This document shows, piece by piece, positions 8,420-18,404 of a DNA stretch of 64,000 nt. The position numbers and the translations under genes are program-made. Source of the stretch: a virus. Location of the stretch: IMG/VR virus record IMGVR_UViG_3300042890_006166, positions 62,670-126,669 of that record; one strand, given 5' to 3'. The notes below the pieces were generated by a model. That model was not told the origin of the DNA and ran no database searches. It saw only the letters and a list, made by a program, of their open reading frames with translations. Each line of letters starts with the position of its first letter. The stretch's first letter is position 1.

Positions 8420-9302
8420 TTTGGTTCCCTATTTTGAAGAATTTTTTTCTCTAAATGAGTCAAAATCTTCTGGAAAAAAAAATTTAGGCATCATAGGACC
8501 TTTGGCAAACTGGTCACTTAAACTTCAAGTATATCCGGAACCTAATCAGGGTATGATTGGATATGCCATAGATGAAAATTGGGTCGAGCTGGAACACAAT
8601 GACAAAAAAGTTAGATTTCCGAAATCCTGCTGTGAAATGAAGTCCAATACAAAATCGGCGGTCATCCACATAAAACCTTACACGAAGTGGTTTTCAAAAT
8701 TGAAGAATCGAGAAGAAATGGAAGATTTTATCGATAATTTCGTCGAGTCCAACACGGTTAAAAAAGAAAGTGGTCTGGAGAGAATATCGGAAAACACCCA
8801 AATTATTTTGGATTTATTTGGAATACATTCACAAGTACAAAATAATCAGATGAGGTTTCCCGGACTTTATGAATTGAAATTGGACAATGGAATGGAGGTA
8901 GAGATGGAAAAAAATGAAGGATCTGAACTTTTTTCTGAACTGAAAGTTTACAAATCTGGAGATGCTAAATTTCCAGACATCAGGATTAAAAGAAAAAACA
9001 ACCAATATCTGATGGAATTCAGAGGGCCTTCTGGAAAATTTATTGAGTCCGAAGAATCACTCGTAGATCTTTTCGAAAATAGAATTTGCACATACCTAAC
9101 TAAATGTGTTTTGGGCATGGATTGCTCAGAAGAAGAATCACATTTAATCGGGAGGTTGAAAGAAACTTTGTCTGAAAAAGTGGATCTAAAAAATTCAGAT
9201 AAGATAGAAAAGAGAAAAAAAATGATTGAAAATCTGAGAGATGTCTTAAGCAATTCGATAGAGAATTCTCTACTGGAAGACATTTTGCAAGGCGAAAATT
9301 AG
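8412..9302 (+). CDS. hypothetical protein, putative internal head protein
   Basis: ATG 8412 overlaps the upstream stop; N-terminus 'MNNLVPYFEEFFSLNES' carries the leader motif. Confidence 0.7.
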   Translation: MNNLVPYFEEFFSLNESKSSGKKNLGIIGPLANWSLKLQVYPEPNQGMIGYAIDENWVELEHNDKKVRFPKSCCEMKSNTKSAVIHIKPYTKWFSKLKNREEMEDFIDNFVESNTVKKESGLERISENTQIILDLFGIHSQVQNNQMRFPGLYELKLDNGMEVEMEKNEGSELFSELKVYKSGDAKFPDIRIKRKNNQYLMEFRGPSGKFIESEESLVDLFENRICTYLTKCVLGMDCSEEESHLIGRLKETLSEKVDLKNSDKIEKRKKMIENLRDVLSNSIENSLLEDILQGEN

Positions 9303-9317
9303 TCTAATAAGAAACTT

Positions 9318-9325
9318 TACCTTTG
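9318..9325 (+). promoter_or_regulatory. possible Bacteroidota -7 box (TACCTTTG) next to a late-like GATATAAA (9331-9338)
   Basis: TAnnTTTG match in the intergenic gap before the 9399/9444 gene; no clear -33 box. Confidence 0.35.
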
Positions 9326-9398
9326 TTCCTGATATAAACAGAAATCAAGTTGTAAGTTATTTTGTGTTGTTAATTTTAAAAAAATTCTTTCTAAATTA

Positions 9399-10049
9399 AT
9401 GTACATGGGGTGGCTAAAACGTATATTCAATAAATCAAAAAAAATGAATTGGAAAGACAAAAGTCTAGAGGAAATACAAAATTTTTTTCAAACAAAAGAT
9501 TTTCAATGGTTGAAGGGAGATCAGATGGGAAATATCGAGAAATTCAAATCCATAGAAAAAGACGAATCTACAGGTTTAATTTTCATTTCATTTCGCTCTG
9601 GTGGAAGAATGAACGTGGAATTGGTTCAAGAATATATGGATGTTTTCCCTTCACAAAATATAGATTTCAATGCTGTTGCTACCTCCAACCCGCATACTCC
9701 TACACAAACCAAGCCTGATATTTCATCTCAACCCAACAAGAAAACCAACTCTGTTTCATCTGTACAGCTTTCCGAATCTCCGATATATAGCTTATTGAAG
9801 AAACAAAAAACAAATTGGGTTAACGTGAACATCACCTTAAAATTGAATCTACCTTCCAAGAATTTGTATGGGGTTCTTACCACTTCTTTCGAGGAAGCTG
9901 ACCGTGAAATTGTGAACTTCGTGACGGAAGGGATCGACATAGATGATATCAAATCCGCTTTGGGAGATTCTATTTTGGCGTATTACGACAAGAAAAAAAA
10001 TCTAGTTTCTTCTGATAAATTTTTAGACCAAGTAGAAGATGGACAGTAA
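9399..10049 (+). CDS. hypothetical two-domain protein (start may be ATG 9444)
   Basis: 216-aa ORF with two globular-looking segments joined by a Pro/Thr/Ser linker; A-rich leader before 9444. Confidence 0.7.
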   Translation: MYMGWLKRIFNKSKKMNWKDKSLEEIQNFFQTKDFQWLKGDQMGNIEKFKSIEKDESTGLIFISFRSGGRMNVELVQEYMDVFPSQNIDFNAVATSNPHTPTQTKPDISSQPNKKTNSVSSVQLSESPIYSLLKKQKTNWVNVNITLKLNLPSKNLYGVLTTSFEEADREIVNFVTEGIDIDDIKSALGDSILAYYDKKKNLVSSDKFLDQVEDGQ

Positions 10050-10614
10050 TATTCTTTTTGAAAATAATCTTTTCCGTGTTGAAGAGAGAAACGGATCGAC
10101 CGGTATGATCCCACTTTTCACCAATGTGGTGATTATGCCTTTTATCTCCGATGAACAGGGATTGCCTTTGTCCATAGGAGTTCTAAAAGAGCCAAATCCT
10201 TTTAGAGAAGGAGGTATGTCGGTTTCTTTAATATCGGGAACTACTGAAGAGGAAGATCCAGATTTACTTGCCACCGCCAAAAGAGAGCTGAAAGAAGAAA
10301 GTGGATATGACGTACAAGACAACAAAAAATGGTTTTATTTAGGGTCAGTTACATCTTCCAAATTTGTGGACCATGAGCAACCCTGTTTTGCAGTAGATGT
10401 TACCGATGTTCCTAAAGGCGATCCAGAACCAGATGAAACTGAAAAAGAAAATGGCATGGAATTTAAATTCATCTCTGCCAACGATGTCGTTAAACACAAA
10501 GATATTTTTATTCCGGGTCTTTTTTTAAAGCTGTTCAAGTTCGTGTTGGGATTCGACGTTCAGAACAAACAGAATGGACTCGAAAAAAGTAAAGGTTTTA
10601 AATTTTCAATTTAA
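10039..10614 (+). CDS. Nudix hydrolase
   Basis: Nudix box 'GTTEEEDPDLLATAKRELKEESGY' (G-x5-E-x7/8-RE-L-x-EE-x-G). Confidence 0.85.
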   Translation: MDSNILFENNLFRVEERNGSTGMIPLFTNVVIMPFISDEQGLPLSIGVLKEPNPFREGGMSVSLISGTTEEEDPDLLATAKRELKEESGYDVQDNKKWFYLGSVTSSKFVDHEQPCFAVDVTDVPKGDPEPDETEKENGMEFKFISANDVVKHKDIFIPGLFLKLFKFVLGFDVQNKQNGLEKSKGFKFSI

Positions 10615-10619
10615 TTTTT

Positions 10620-10943
10620 ATGAGTCAAGCTAGAAAAGCCAGAAAAGAACTTGCTAAATCTTTGGGTTATTTGAAGAAAGATGAATCTATGATGTCTTTT
10701 AGAGAAAGAGTAAGAAGAGCTAACCAAATGGGTAAACAATTTCATACAATTCATCTTCAAAATGTTATGAATCAAGAAATTCAATCTGGAAGGTTGCTAA
10801 CCAACGCACAATTAGATAATTTAGGGAAAGAAAAAAATCAAACTGAAGGAAATTTTGGACTCAATTTGGATTCATTCGAATTTTTAGATGAATTAAAACC
10901 AGAGGAATCGTCACACAATGACATTCTAGACAACCCAAAATAG
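10620..10943 (+). CDS. hypothetical protein
   Basis: 107-aa ORF with basic N-terminus and acidic tail; tight operon packing. Confidence 0.65.
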   Translation: MSQARKARKELAKSLGYLKKDESMMSFRERVRRANQMGKQFHTIHLQNVMNQEIQSGRLLTNAQLDNLGKEKNQTEGNFGLNLDSFEFLDELKPEESSHNDILDNPK

Positions 10944-10944
10944 C

Positions 10945-11277
10945 ATGATTGATTGTTTGGCAGAGATTAAGATTTTTCTAGCTAAATGTTCGGCCAAAGA
11001 AGCCAAAAAAAAATTTGATGGCGGGATTGACTTTTCCGTGATAGATATTGGTAAAATTATTCGGGATTTAGGTTACAATAACTTAGATTTAAGTAAAGAA
11101 TCTGAATTTATCATCAATTATACTATTCAAAGAAAAATAGACCAGGGGATATATAATACAAAGAACAACACCATAATGATCGTACACAAAAATCTTTCAA
11201 ATGATTTTATTTCTAATTTAAATTCTTTTTTAAAGGAATACGAAAATGAATTTGAATTTTCGATCGAGATGTTGTAA
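10945..11277 (+). CDS. hypothetical protein
   Basis: 110-aa ORF starting 1 nt after the previous stop. Confidence 0.65.
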   Translation: MIDCLAEIKIFLAKCSAKEAKKKFDGGIDFSVIDIGKIIRDLGYNNLDLSKESEFIINYTIQRKIDQGIYNTKNNTIMIVHKNLSNDFISNLNSFLKEYENEFEFSIEML

Positions 11278-11294
11278 AAATTTGTATGAATTAG

Positions 11295-13259
11295 ATGTCC
11301 AAAAATAGTTCTTTTCAGGGAACAAACACACCTACCACAGGAAATACTTTTTCAATAGCAGATCAAAAGCTAAATCCTATCTTAAAGGATTATTGGTTTG
11401 GTTCTAGAGAGGCATCTGCACAAGAAATTGCAAACGATCAAGTTTCAAGATGGTCGAATTTGGGATCCTCTAATCCAAATAAAGGTCCAACTGCTAGGTC
11501 TTTATTTTATAACGCTGCTAATCTATTTGGTCCAGATGCTAAATTTGGTCAATTTCTTTTTTATTCTTTTTCAAATAATTCAAACACTTTCCGGCAGGAA
11601 TACTATCAATCAGAGCAAACCCAATTTAACTCTTCGATTTCTTCTATTTCATCAAAAAATCCTTCTGCTGGACAATTGGTTAGAGCCGCGAATGAGATAA
11701 GAGCTGCTATACTGCCTGGACAAATTGGGAGTACAACAAATACTGGAAACAATACTACAGGAAGCCCGGGAAAAATCATAGGAGGTGCATCTGCTCCATA
11801 TTATTGGAGAGATTTTTTGTATTGTAAATACTATGGCACAATTCCTAATAATTACATGATTACCCTAAGGAGATTCCCAGCTCCAATGAGAGATAATTTG
11901 AGCATACCCAGTCAATTAATACAAACCGATCTATACAAACAAAAAGGAGCCGGTATGCCAGTAGCCCAAGCGGTTACCTGGTGGGGAGGGCAGACTGGTA
12001 ACACTTTAAATGATATTATTTCCTTTTCAACGGGTCTTGTATTCCAATCCAAAACCCAGGAAGAAATATTAAAGGTTGAAGGGTTTGATCAAGGTTTTTT
12101 TAAGACTGTGTTGGGTAGAGCTTTGGGAACCACTGCTGATCTAGCCGGCGCTTCACAACTATTTGGTGCTTTAGGAGATTCTCTTTCCGTTTTAGTTTCT
12201 GCGTCTGACTCTGGAAGAGGAGCAGTAACTATTCCTAAAATAAATCAGGCTTTAAGGGATAAAATGCAAAACACTTCAAATGGTCCTCTGTCAGATTTTA
12301 TTTTTAATCCAGTTGATACCGTAGATAAAACTTATTACCGAGGAAGAGGTTTAACTTTTAGTGGTGGACCCATTTATCTCAAATTCCACTACGAGTTAAC
12401 TTCTGTTGGCCAGGTTAATACGAAAGCTGCTTTGGTTGATATAATTGGAAATTTGCTAGGTTTGGGAACCAACTATGGAAATTTTCTAACTCCTGATGTT
12501 AGATACGATAACGGATTTCCCGCTATAGGTTTTCCAGGTGGAGATCAAGGATTAAAAGCTTTTTACTCTGATCCCATTAAATGGGTTAAAACCACAATTA
12601 AATATCTAGCAGATCCAGATGGAACTACGATGGATGATCCTCAAGTTCGACAACTGAAAAAATTTACTTCGGATCTACAAACTGCTACAAATCAGGTTCA
12701 AAGTATGCTTCAACAAATCGATTCCTCCGGGGGTGGAATTGAAAAATTGGCCAAAGAGATTGAAGGCCCGCTCGGAAACATTTTGGCTTATGCCTTGGCA
12801 GATGATTTAATTGCAAAATTCGTACCCCCTCTATCACTTAAAACTGGAGCTCCTGTTGGTGAATGGCATTTGGTTGTAGGTAATCCGATGAATCCTATAG
12901 CAATGATTGGAAATTTAATTTGTTCTAATTTAGATATAGAATTTGGTGAAGTATTAGGTCCGGATGATTTTCCCACTGAAATCATAGCCACATTCACATT
13001 AGAACATGGTAGAGATCGGGAAAGAGGTGAAATTGAATCTATGTTTAACCGTGGTGATGGAAGATTGTACCAATCTACTTTACCCACCTATTCCAACACC
13101 CAATCTACTGCCAGCACTGCACTGGTTGACGGTACCACAGTTCCTTATGATATCAATGATTCAACGTTGGCTAATCCTTACTTGTTTTTTTCTGATAACA
13201 ATTTCACACCGGGTGCTGTTCAAAATAATTTCATAGACCCAAATAATCCTATCCCATAA
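11295..13259 (+). CDS. putative baseplate-tail tube junction protein (T4 gp48/gp54-like)
   Basis: 654 aa; C-terminal beta-rich tube-fold-like segment (WHLVVGNP...LICSNLDIEF...FPTEIIATFTLEH); first gene of the baseplate run, before a gp53-like gene. Family call rests mainly on synteny. Confidence 0.45.
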   Translation: MSKNSSFQGTNTPTTGNTFSIADQKLNPILKDYWFGSREASAQEIANDQVSRWSNLGSSNPNKGPTARSLFYNAANLFGPDAKFGQFLFYSFSNNSNTFRQEYYQSEQTQFNSSISSISSKNPSAGQLVRAANEIRAAILPGQIGSTTNTGNNTTGSPGKIIGGASAPYYWRDFLYCKYYGTIPNNYMITLRRFPAPMRDNLSIPSQLIQTDLYKQKGAGMPVAQAVTWWGGQTGNTLNDIISFSTGLVFQSKTQEEILKVEGFDQGFFKTVLGRALGTTADLAGASQLFGALGDSLSVLVSASDSGRGAVTIPKINQALRDKMQNTSNGPLSDFIFNPVDTVDKTYYRGRGLTFSGGPIYLKFHYELTSVGQVNTKAALVDIIGNLLGLGTNYGNFLTPDVRYDNGFPAIGFPGGDQGLKAFYSDPIKWVKTTIKYLADPDGTTMDDPQVRQLKKFTSDLQTATNQVQSMLQQIDSSGGGIEKLAKEIEGPLGNILAYALADDLIAKFVPPLSLKTGAPVGEWHLVVGNPMNPIAMIGNLICSNLDIEFGEVLGPDDFPTEIIATFTLEHGRDRERGEIESMFNRGDGRLYQSTLPTYSNTQSTASTALVDGTTVPYDINDSTLANPYLFFSDNNFTPGAVQNNFIDPNNPIP

Positions 13260-13262
13260 TTT

Positions 13263-13862
13263 ATGTTAAATATTGATACTTTATATCAGAACAAAAGTGT
13301 TTTTAATCCCAATAAGGATTTACAGAACAATGGTGTTGGGATTTGGGATTTAACCGCTGGGTCGATGGATTTTCGAAATATAAATCTGAAGATTAATCGT
13401 TACTTTTTGGTGAGAGAGGAATTTCAAATGAGACCAGATCAATTAGCTTTCCAGGCTTTTGGGGATCTTTCTTATACCGGATCTCTTATGAAAATCAACA
13501 ACATTTCAAACCCATTTGCGTTGAAAGAAGGGAACTTGATTGTTATTCCTTTACAGGAAAGAATTGAAGCTTCTTTCGCTTTGAAACAAGCAACCTTGCT
13601 TCAGTCCAACACAACCAACAATCCAAATCAGCAATTTAGAGATGTTCAAGAACAGAAGAAATTTAAGATTTCTAATTCAAGACAGAAATTTTTAGAACAA
13701 AGGGGTAAAGCCAAAAATGCACCCGATCAAATTTTGCCACCGAATGTTACCCAGCCTGGAGAAAGACAAACAGTTAGAACTAATGTTGTTATTGGATTGG
13801 CCCCAGATGTTAGTAACGCTCCAGCTAATCCTGCAGGTAATTTTAACTCCATCCCCAACTAA
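13263..13862 (+). CDS. gp53: baseplate wedge protein, T4 gp53/LysM-like
   Basis: 'RPDQLAFQAFGD...LMKINNISNPFALKEGNLIVIP' matches the gp53/LysM pattern. Confidence 0.75.
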   Translation: MLNIDTLYQNKSVFNPNKDLQNNGVGIWDLTAGSMDFRNINLKINRYFLVREEFQMRPDQLAFQAFGDLSYTGSLMKINNISNPFALKEGNLIVIPLQERIEASFALKQATLLQSNTTNNPNQQFRDVQEQKKFKISNSRQKFLEQRGKAKNAPDQILPPNVTQPGERQTVRTNVVIGLAPDVSNAPANPAGNFNSIPN

Positions 13863-13864
13863 AT

Positions 13865-15367
13865 ATGGCGGCCGATCAAATCATCATTAATAATGTTGCC
13901 AGAACCAGTATTCAGCTGGATCAGTTGGCTGTTCCGAATAGAACCGGAGGAGACAACCAAGGTTTAGATGACGCCTTAATGGACGCCGATGATAAATCTT
14001 TCGGCGGATATAAACCTGTTGTTTTTATTAATGGTTATTTTGTAGACAAATATTTATCTCATTTAGAATTGGACATGTCTGGTTTTTTGCCAGAAATAAG
14101 ATTCCAATTTTCTATGGAAAATCCCATGTTCCTCAGTGTTAATTATCCTAAAGATGGTGATATTGTATCTGTTTATTTTCGAAGCTGGGTTTCAGTTTAT
14201 CGACCTTTGAGAATGGACTTTAATATCTTAACCGTTAAATCCGGCGTTTCTGGTAATTCGGAAGGCAATGGAATTACATTTAATATTTTGGGTGAATGTC
14301 GAATCCCTGCTTTATATAATGAGGTATCTAAGGCTTTTAGAAATTCCACTTCTTATGATGTCTTATTTCAAGTTTCTCAAGATTTAGATTTAGGATTTTC
14401 TACGAATGAAACGGAAGTAATAGATAACATGACGTGGATTTGTCCTAATATGTCATACTATGATTTTATCCGGGAGGTTGTATCAAGGTCTTACAAAGAT
14501 GATAGAAGTTTTTTTACGTCTTTCATAGATTGTTATTATAATCTCAATTTTGTAAATCTAAACAACCAAATTTCGACATCTGATGTTGTACAGGAATGTC
14601 GGGTTGTTAGGGGTTCTGCTACCGGAACATCAGACGATACTGCTTTCCCGAAAAGTGAATTATCAGAGCAACAGATTCCTTTGGTTCTTAGTAATGAAAA
14701 AGGAAATAGCGATTTGCCAACCTATATACAGGGTTATACTTTGATTTCGAATGCAGGAAACATCACCAACCATCAAGGATACATCCACGAAGTACAATTT
14801 TGGGATGAGGGCCTGGTCACGGAAAATGAAATTGAAAAGTACATAAGGTACACAGTTGAAACAATAACAACAGAGAGCGTAGGTGAGAACATGATCCTAC
14901 AAAGGGGCAGGGCAAAAGAAAAATTATACCAAAGAGAATTCCGAAAAAATTGGTATGGGATTTTAAATAATTTCCAGGATGGTGGAGTACATGAAAATTT
15001 TATTCAGGCACTAGTTCAAAATGAAATTAACAATGATGATATAAGGAAATTCACATTGAGAGTTGAAACCGCTTCTTATTATGGTGGAATATACAGGGGA
15101 ATGGCCATTCCTGTTTTTATCTACGTAAATGATCAAGGGAAAAGAAAAGAAAATACAGGATCAAACAACAACCAAAATCCAGAGCAGGACATTAATCCAG
15201 TCTTAGATCGATTTCTTTCTGGTATTTACATTGTTATGGGAATTAAGGTTAATTATGAATCTTATAGAGGAATTTACATGCAACTTGATTTATGTAAGAG
15301 AGAATGGATTTTAAATAGTGCAGGTCAATTCCCCAAAACATTCCCAATAAATCTTATTACTGGATAA
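13865..15367 (+). CDS. baseplate hub protein (T4 gp27/P2 gpD/Mu gp44-like)
   Basis: 500 aa between gp53-like and spike genes; alternating beta/alpha hub pattern with C-terminal 'FLSGIYIVMGIKVNY....YMQLDLCKREW'. Confidence 0.6.
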   Translation: MAADQIIINNVARTSIQLDQLAVPNRTGGDNQGLDDALMDADDKSFGGYKPVVFINGYFVDKYLSHLELDMSGFLPEIRFQFSMENPMFLSVNYPKDGDIVSVYFRSWVSVYRPLRMDFNILTVKSGVSGNSEGNGITFNILGECRIPALYNEVSKAFRNSTSYDVLFQVSQDLDLGFSTNETEVIDNMTWICPNMSYYDFIREVVSRSYKDDRSFFTSFIDCYYNLNFVNLNNQISTSDVVQECRVVRGSATGTSDDTAFPKSELSEQQIPLVLSNEKGNSDLPTYIQGYTLISNAGNITNHQGYIHEVQFWDEGLVTENEIEKYIRYTVETITTESVGENMILQRGRAKEKLYQREFRKNWYGILNNFQDGGVHENFIQALVQNEINNDDIRKFTLRVETASYYGGIYRGMAIPVFIYVNDQGKRKENTGSNNNQNPEQDINPVLDRFLSGIYIVMGIKVNYESYRGIYMQLDLCKREWILNSAGQFPKTFPINLITG

Positions 15368-15370
15368 ATA
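15363..15370 (+). promoter_or_regulatory. putative late promoter variant GATAAATA
   Basis: Close to the T4 late consensus TATAAATA, but only 5 nt before the ATG at 15376 and overlapping the upstream stop. Confidence 0.3.
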
Positions 15371-15375
15371 CAATC

Positions 15376-17736
15376 ATGGGAATCCAGGCTACAGACAGAA
15401 ACAGAAATTTGTTCCTGAAGGGATTTAGACTTTCAGATCAGGGCAAAAATGAAGATCCTACTTATTTGGGATTCAAGTTTGTCTTTGATTTTGGAGTATT
15501 GCCAATCAATCCAGATTACGGTTGGGCACCTAGTCCTTTACTGAGAATCCCTAATTATACTGCCGGAAATGGAGCTGGTATGGCTTCTGGACTTGAAAAT
15601 CCATTTGGGCAAGATGCCTACAATCTAGGTGGTCCAATCTACTATTCCACCTTCAATTATTTGTTGGAAAGAGAAGGGGGTTTCTTGGTCGGTTCTAATC
15701 AAACCAAAAGAGCTAATGCTTTGCGTCAATTTCAAGTTTTATTGGCTAACATCAACAACAATTCGCCTTGGTTTTTTCAATCCATTGATGGTCTTGATAA
15801 GTTAGAGAAAATTGCCAGAACAGGGTTTCAAGACGAAGCAGGATTTGACAATTTCAATCCTCAAAAAACCGATGGAAAAACTTTAACGATCAACTGTTTG
15901 GAATCCCTAAATCTAAGAATTTCTGCATTGGCCGATTTGTATGAAACAGCCATGTTCGATGCTGACAATATGAGATGGTTAGTTCCTAGAAATCTAAGAA
16001 AATTCACGATGTACATTTTCGTGACGGAGATTCGCAATTTTTTTAAAACCTCAAGATTGACCGGATCATCAACAGTTCTAGCTTCTTTGGATAATTTGAC
16101 GAATGTTCTCACAACTAATCGAAATCCTGGTTCTAATATTCAAAATTTAGGAATAGACGATCCCATCGAAAATTTATCAGGGAATCCAGGAAACTCTTTC
16201 ACCTCTTTTGCATCAAACGTTTTTGGTCAATCTGGATTGCAAAATGATGTTCAGGCTTTTCGTAATCAGCAGGACCAAAGTGGCATAAAACCTGTTTTTA
16301 TTTACGAGTGCCATCAGTGTGAATTTGATTTCAGTTCCAGTACACCTTTGGCTTCATCTATAGACATGGGAAGCTCTTCGGCAGATTCTTTAATGGCAAA
16401 ACAAAGTTTCAAGATTCACGTGGGAAAGGTTAGAATGAAGAATCAATATCCCAATATTAGAAACGACAAAAAACCTTTGATCCTGGCTGATGGTGCCTAT
16501 CAAGATCGAACCTCGGTCCAAACTGCTGCTTTAACGTTGGAAACAATTGCCAGCCAAGCTAATGAATTGATTACAAATTTCACTTCGGCAGCAATTAACG
16601 ATCTGGTGAATGAAGGAATTAATCAATTTGTGAATCCCGCTTTAAGTGGATTAAACCAATCTTTACTTGGAAACATTTATTCTTTTAATCCTTCACAAAT
16701 TGGCCGATTGGTTACACCCAATGGATTTAATTTCAACGATGCCCAGAATTTTCTCAATGGGGCGGCATCAACCGGAATTGATAATATCTTTAAGGGTAAT
16801 TTACCTAACCCACAAAAGGTTGGCCTCGGTGGACCTCCGGAACGAGCATATCCACCGATTTCTCCCCCACAAGATGTTTATCCTAGAGTTCCTGGCACCG
16901 ATTTAGGAACACCTTCTAGAGTTTATCCACCCCCGGGAGGAGACGTTTATAATTCTGTCCCTGGATCTGATTTAGGTGTACCAGACAGAGTATATCCGAT
17001 CCCTACCGGAGATGCTTATAACAACGTTCCTGGTTCAGATTTGGGTGTACCCGATAGGGTTTATCCAAATCCAGTAGGGGATGTTTATACAGATGTTCCG
17101 GGCTCAGATTTGGGTGTACCAGATAGGGTTTATCCAAATCCAGTGGGTGATGTTTATGCCGATGTTCCTGGATCTGATTTAGGTGTCCCCGACAGGGTAT
17201 ATACACCTCCAGGTGGAGATGTGTATGACAACGTACCAGGTTCAGATCTGGGATCTCCCGATCGGGTGTACCCGCCACCGGGCGGGGACGTGTACACGGA
17301 TGTGCCCGGGAGAGATCTGGGTGTACCAGATAGGGTTTATCCCACAGATCCTATTGGAGACATTTATTCTGGGGTACCTGGACCTGATTTGGACGTTCCA
17401 GATAGAGTGTATCCTATTACAAGTGATGATGTTTATACCGATACTATTTTTCCAAACACACTTCCTAGAGAACAAGTTTATACTCCTAGTACTTTGTCAA
17501 ATGTGGCCGGAGAGCTAAGATCTGTAGAAAATTCTTTTACCCAACCTCCTGGATCTGTCTATCAGGCTTCCCCACCCCGGCCAATGCAAGGGGGACTGGG
17601 TGATGTATATCCGCCTACGGTTGGAGATTTTATTGTAGAACCCCCTCTGAACTTAGGCAACATGAAACCTTCTACTAAATTCAATCCTAGTTTAGGTAAG
17701 TTCAATCCTACTGAAGAGATAGAAGACGAACAGTAA
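15376..17736 (+). CDS. tail-tube-fold (gp19/gp54-like) protein with C-terminal 23-aa Pro-rich repeats
   Basis: N-terminal half has a tube-like pattern (KTLTINCLESLNLRISALADLY...RKFTMYIFVTE...FIYECHQCEFD...FKIHVG); C-terminal PGSDLGVPDRVY repeats. Confidence 0.5.
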   Translation: MGIQATDRNRNLFLKGFRLSDQGKNEDPTYLGFKFVFDFGVLPINPDYGWAPSPLLRIPNYTAGNGAGMASGLENPFGQDAYNLGGPIYYSTFNYLLEREGGFLVGSNQTKRANALRQFQVLLANINNNSPWFFQSIDGLDKLEKIARTGFQDEAGFDNFNPQKTDGKTLTINCLESLNLRISALADLYETAMFDADNMRWLVPRNLRKFTMYIFVTEIRNFFKTSRLTGSSTVLASLDNLTNVLTTNRNPGSNIQNLGIDDPIENLSGNPGNSFTSFASNVFGQSGLQNDVQAFRNQQDQSGIKPVFIYECHQCEFDFSSSTPLASSIDMGSSSADSLMAKQSFKIHVGKVRMKNQYPNIRNDKKPLILADGAYQDRTSVQTAALTLETIASQANELITNFTSAAINDLVNEGINQFVNPALSGLNQSLLGNIYSFNPSQIGRLVTPNGFNFNDAQNFLNGAASTGIDNIFKGNLPNPQKVGLGGPPERAYPPISPPQDVYPRVPGTDLGTPSRVYPPPGGDVYNSVPGSDLGVPDRVYPIPTGDAYNNVPGSDLGVPDRVYPNPVGDVYTDVPGSDLGVPDRVYPNPVGDVYADVPGSDLGVPDRVYTPPGGDVYDNVPGSDLGSPDRVYPPPGGDVYTDVPGRDLGVPDRVYPTDPIGDIYSGVPGPDLDVPDRVYPITSDDVYTDTIFPNTLPREQVYTPSTLSNVAGELRSVENSFTQPPGSVYQASPPRPMQGGLGDVYPPTVGDFIVEPPLNLGNMKPSTKFNPSLGKFNPTEEIEDEQ
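16891..17450 (+). repeat. coding tandem repeat, 69-nt unit (PGSDLGVPDRVYPxPxGDVYxxV), about 8 copies
   Basis: Units start at 16891, 16960, 17029, 17098, 17167, 17236, 17305 and 17377. Confidence 0.95.
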
Positions 17737-18404
17737 TGGCAAATCCTCGATTTTATTTAGGGCAGGTCGTAGACATTAACGATCCCAGAAAATCCGGTCG
17801 AGCACGGATTAGAGTTTTTGGACTTTTTGATGGACTAGACCACGAAGATATTCCATGGGCTAGTCAAATAAGTGGACTTTCTTTCGGAAAGGGCGGATCT
17901 GGAACAATCTCCATCCCTAAGTTGGGTGCCATAGTTGTGGTTCAGTTTGATGGACAGAATTACTATAAAATGAACTATTATGGTGAGAAGGACTATGCCC
18001 AAGACATGTTGGCAGAGATAGCCGATTCCTACGAGGGAGCACAGGTTATCGTGTATGACACAGAAGCTGAACCTGGACCGTTGACTTTATTTTACACGAA
18101 AAAGAAAGGAGCTGTATTCTCTTTAGGAGATGCAAAGATCCAGTTTGATACACAAGACGGAGGTCAGCTCAGAGTTATTATTGAGATGGGCCAGGATCAA
18201 ATCCGGATGGAAAATAACAAAGTAATCATTAACTCTAATAACATCGAGTTGGGAGAAGCTGCTATTGAGGCAGTCATTAAAGGAAACACTTTCCAAACCT
18301 ATTTTAATTCCCATACTCATGTTGGTAATTTGGGTGCACCCACTTCACCTCCTGTCGTTCCATCTACTCCCAATCATTTGTCTACTGTGAGTAAAACTAG
18401 ATAA
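17736..18404 (+). CDS. gp5: central baseplate spike (gp5 N-terminal OB-fold / gpV-like)
   Basis: 'GQVVDINDPRKSGRARIRVFG...DIPWA...PKLGAIVVVQF' Gp5_OB motif; C-terminal 'NSHTH' HxH; no lysozyme domain. Confidence 0.85.
   Translation: MANPRFYLGQVVDINDPRKSGRARIRVFGLFDGLDHEDIPWASQISGLSFGKGGSGTISIPKLGAIVVVQFDGQNYYKMNYYGEKDYAQDMLAEIADSYEGAQVIVYDTEAEPGPLTLFYTKKKGAVFSLGDAKIQFDTQDGGQLRVIIEMGQDQIRMENNKVIINSNNIELGEAAIEAVIKGNTFQTYFNSHTHVGNLGAPTSPPVVPSTPNHLSTVSKTR

Noticed and set aside
16891-17450. 69-nt tandem repeats as a possible CRISPR or mini-array
   Set aside because: In frame within a CDS, variation is mostly synonymous, and there are no unique spacers or cas genes.
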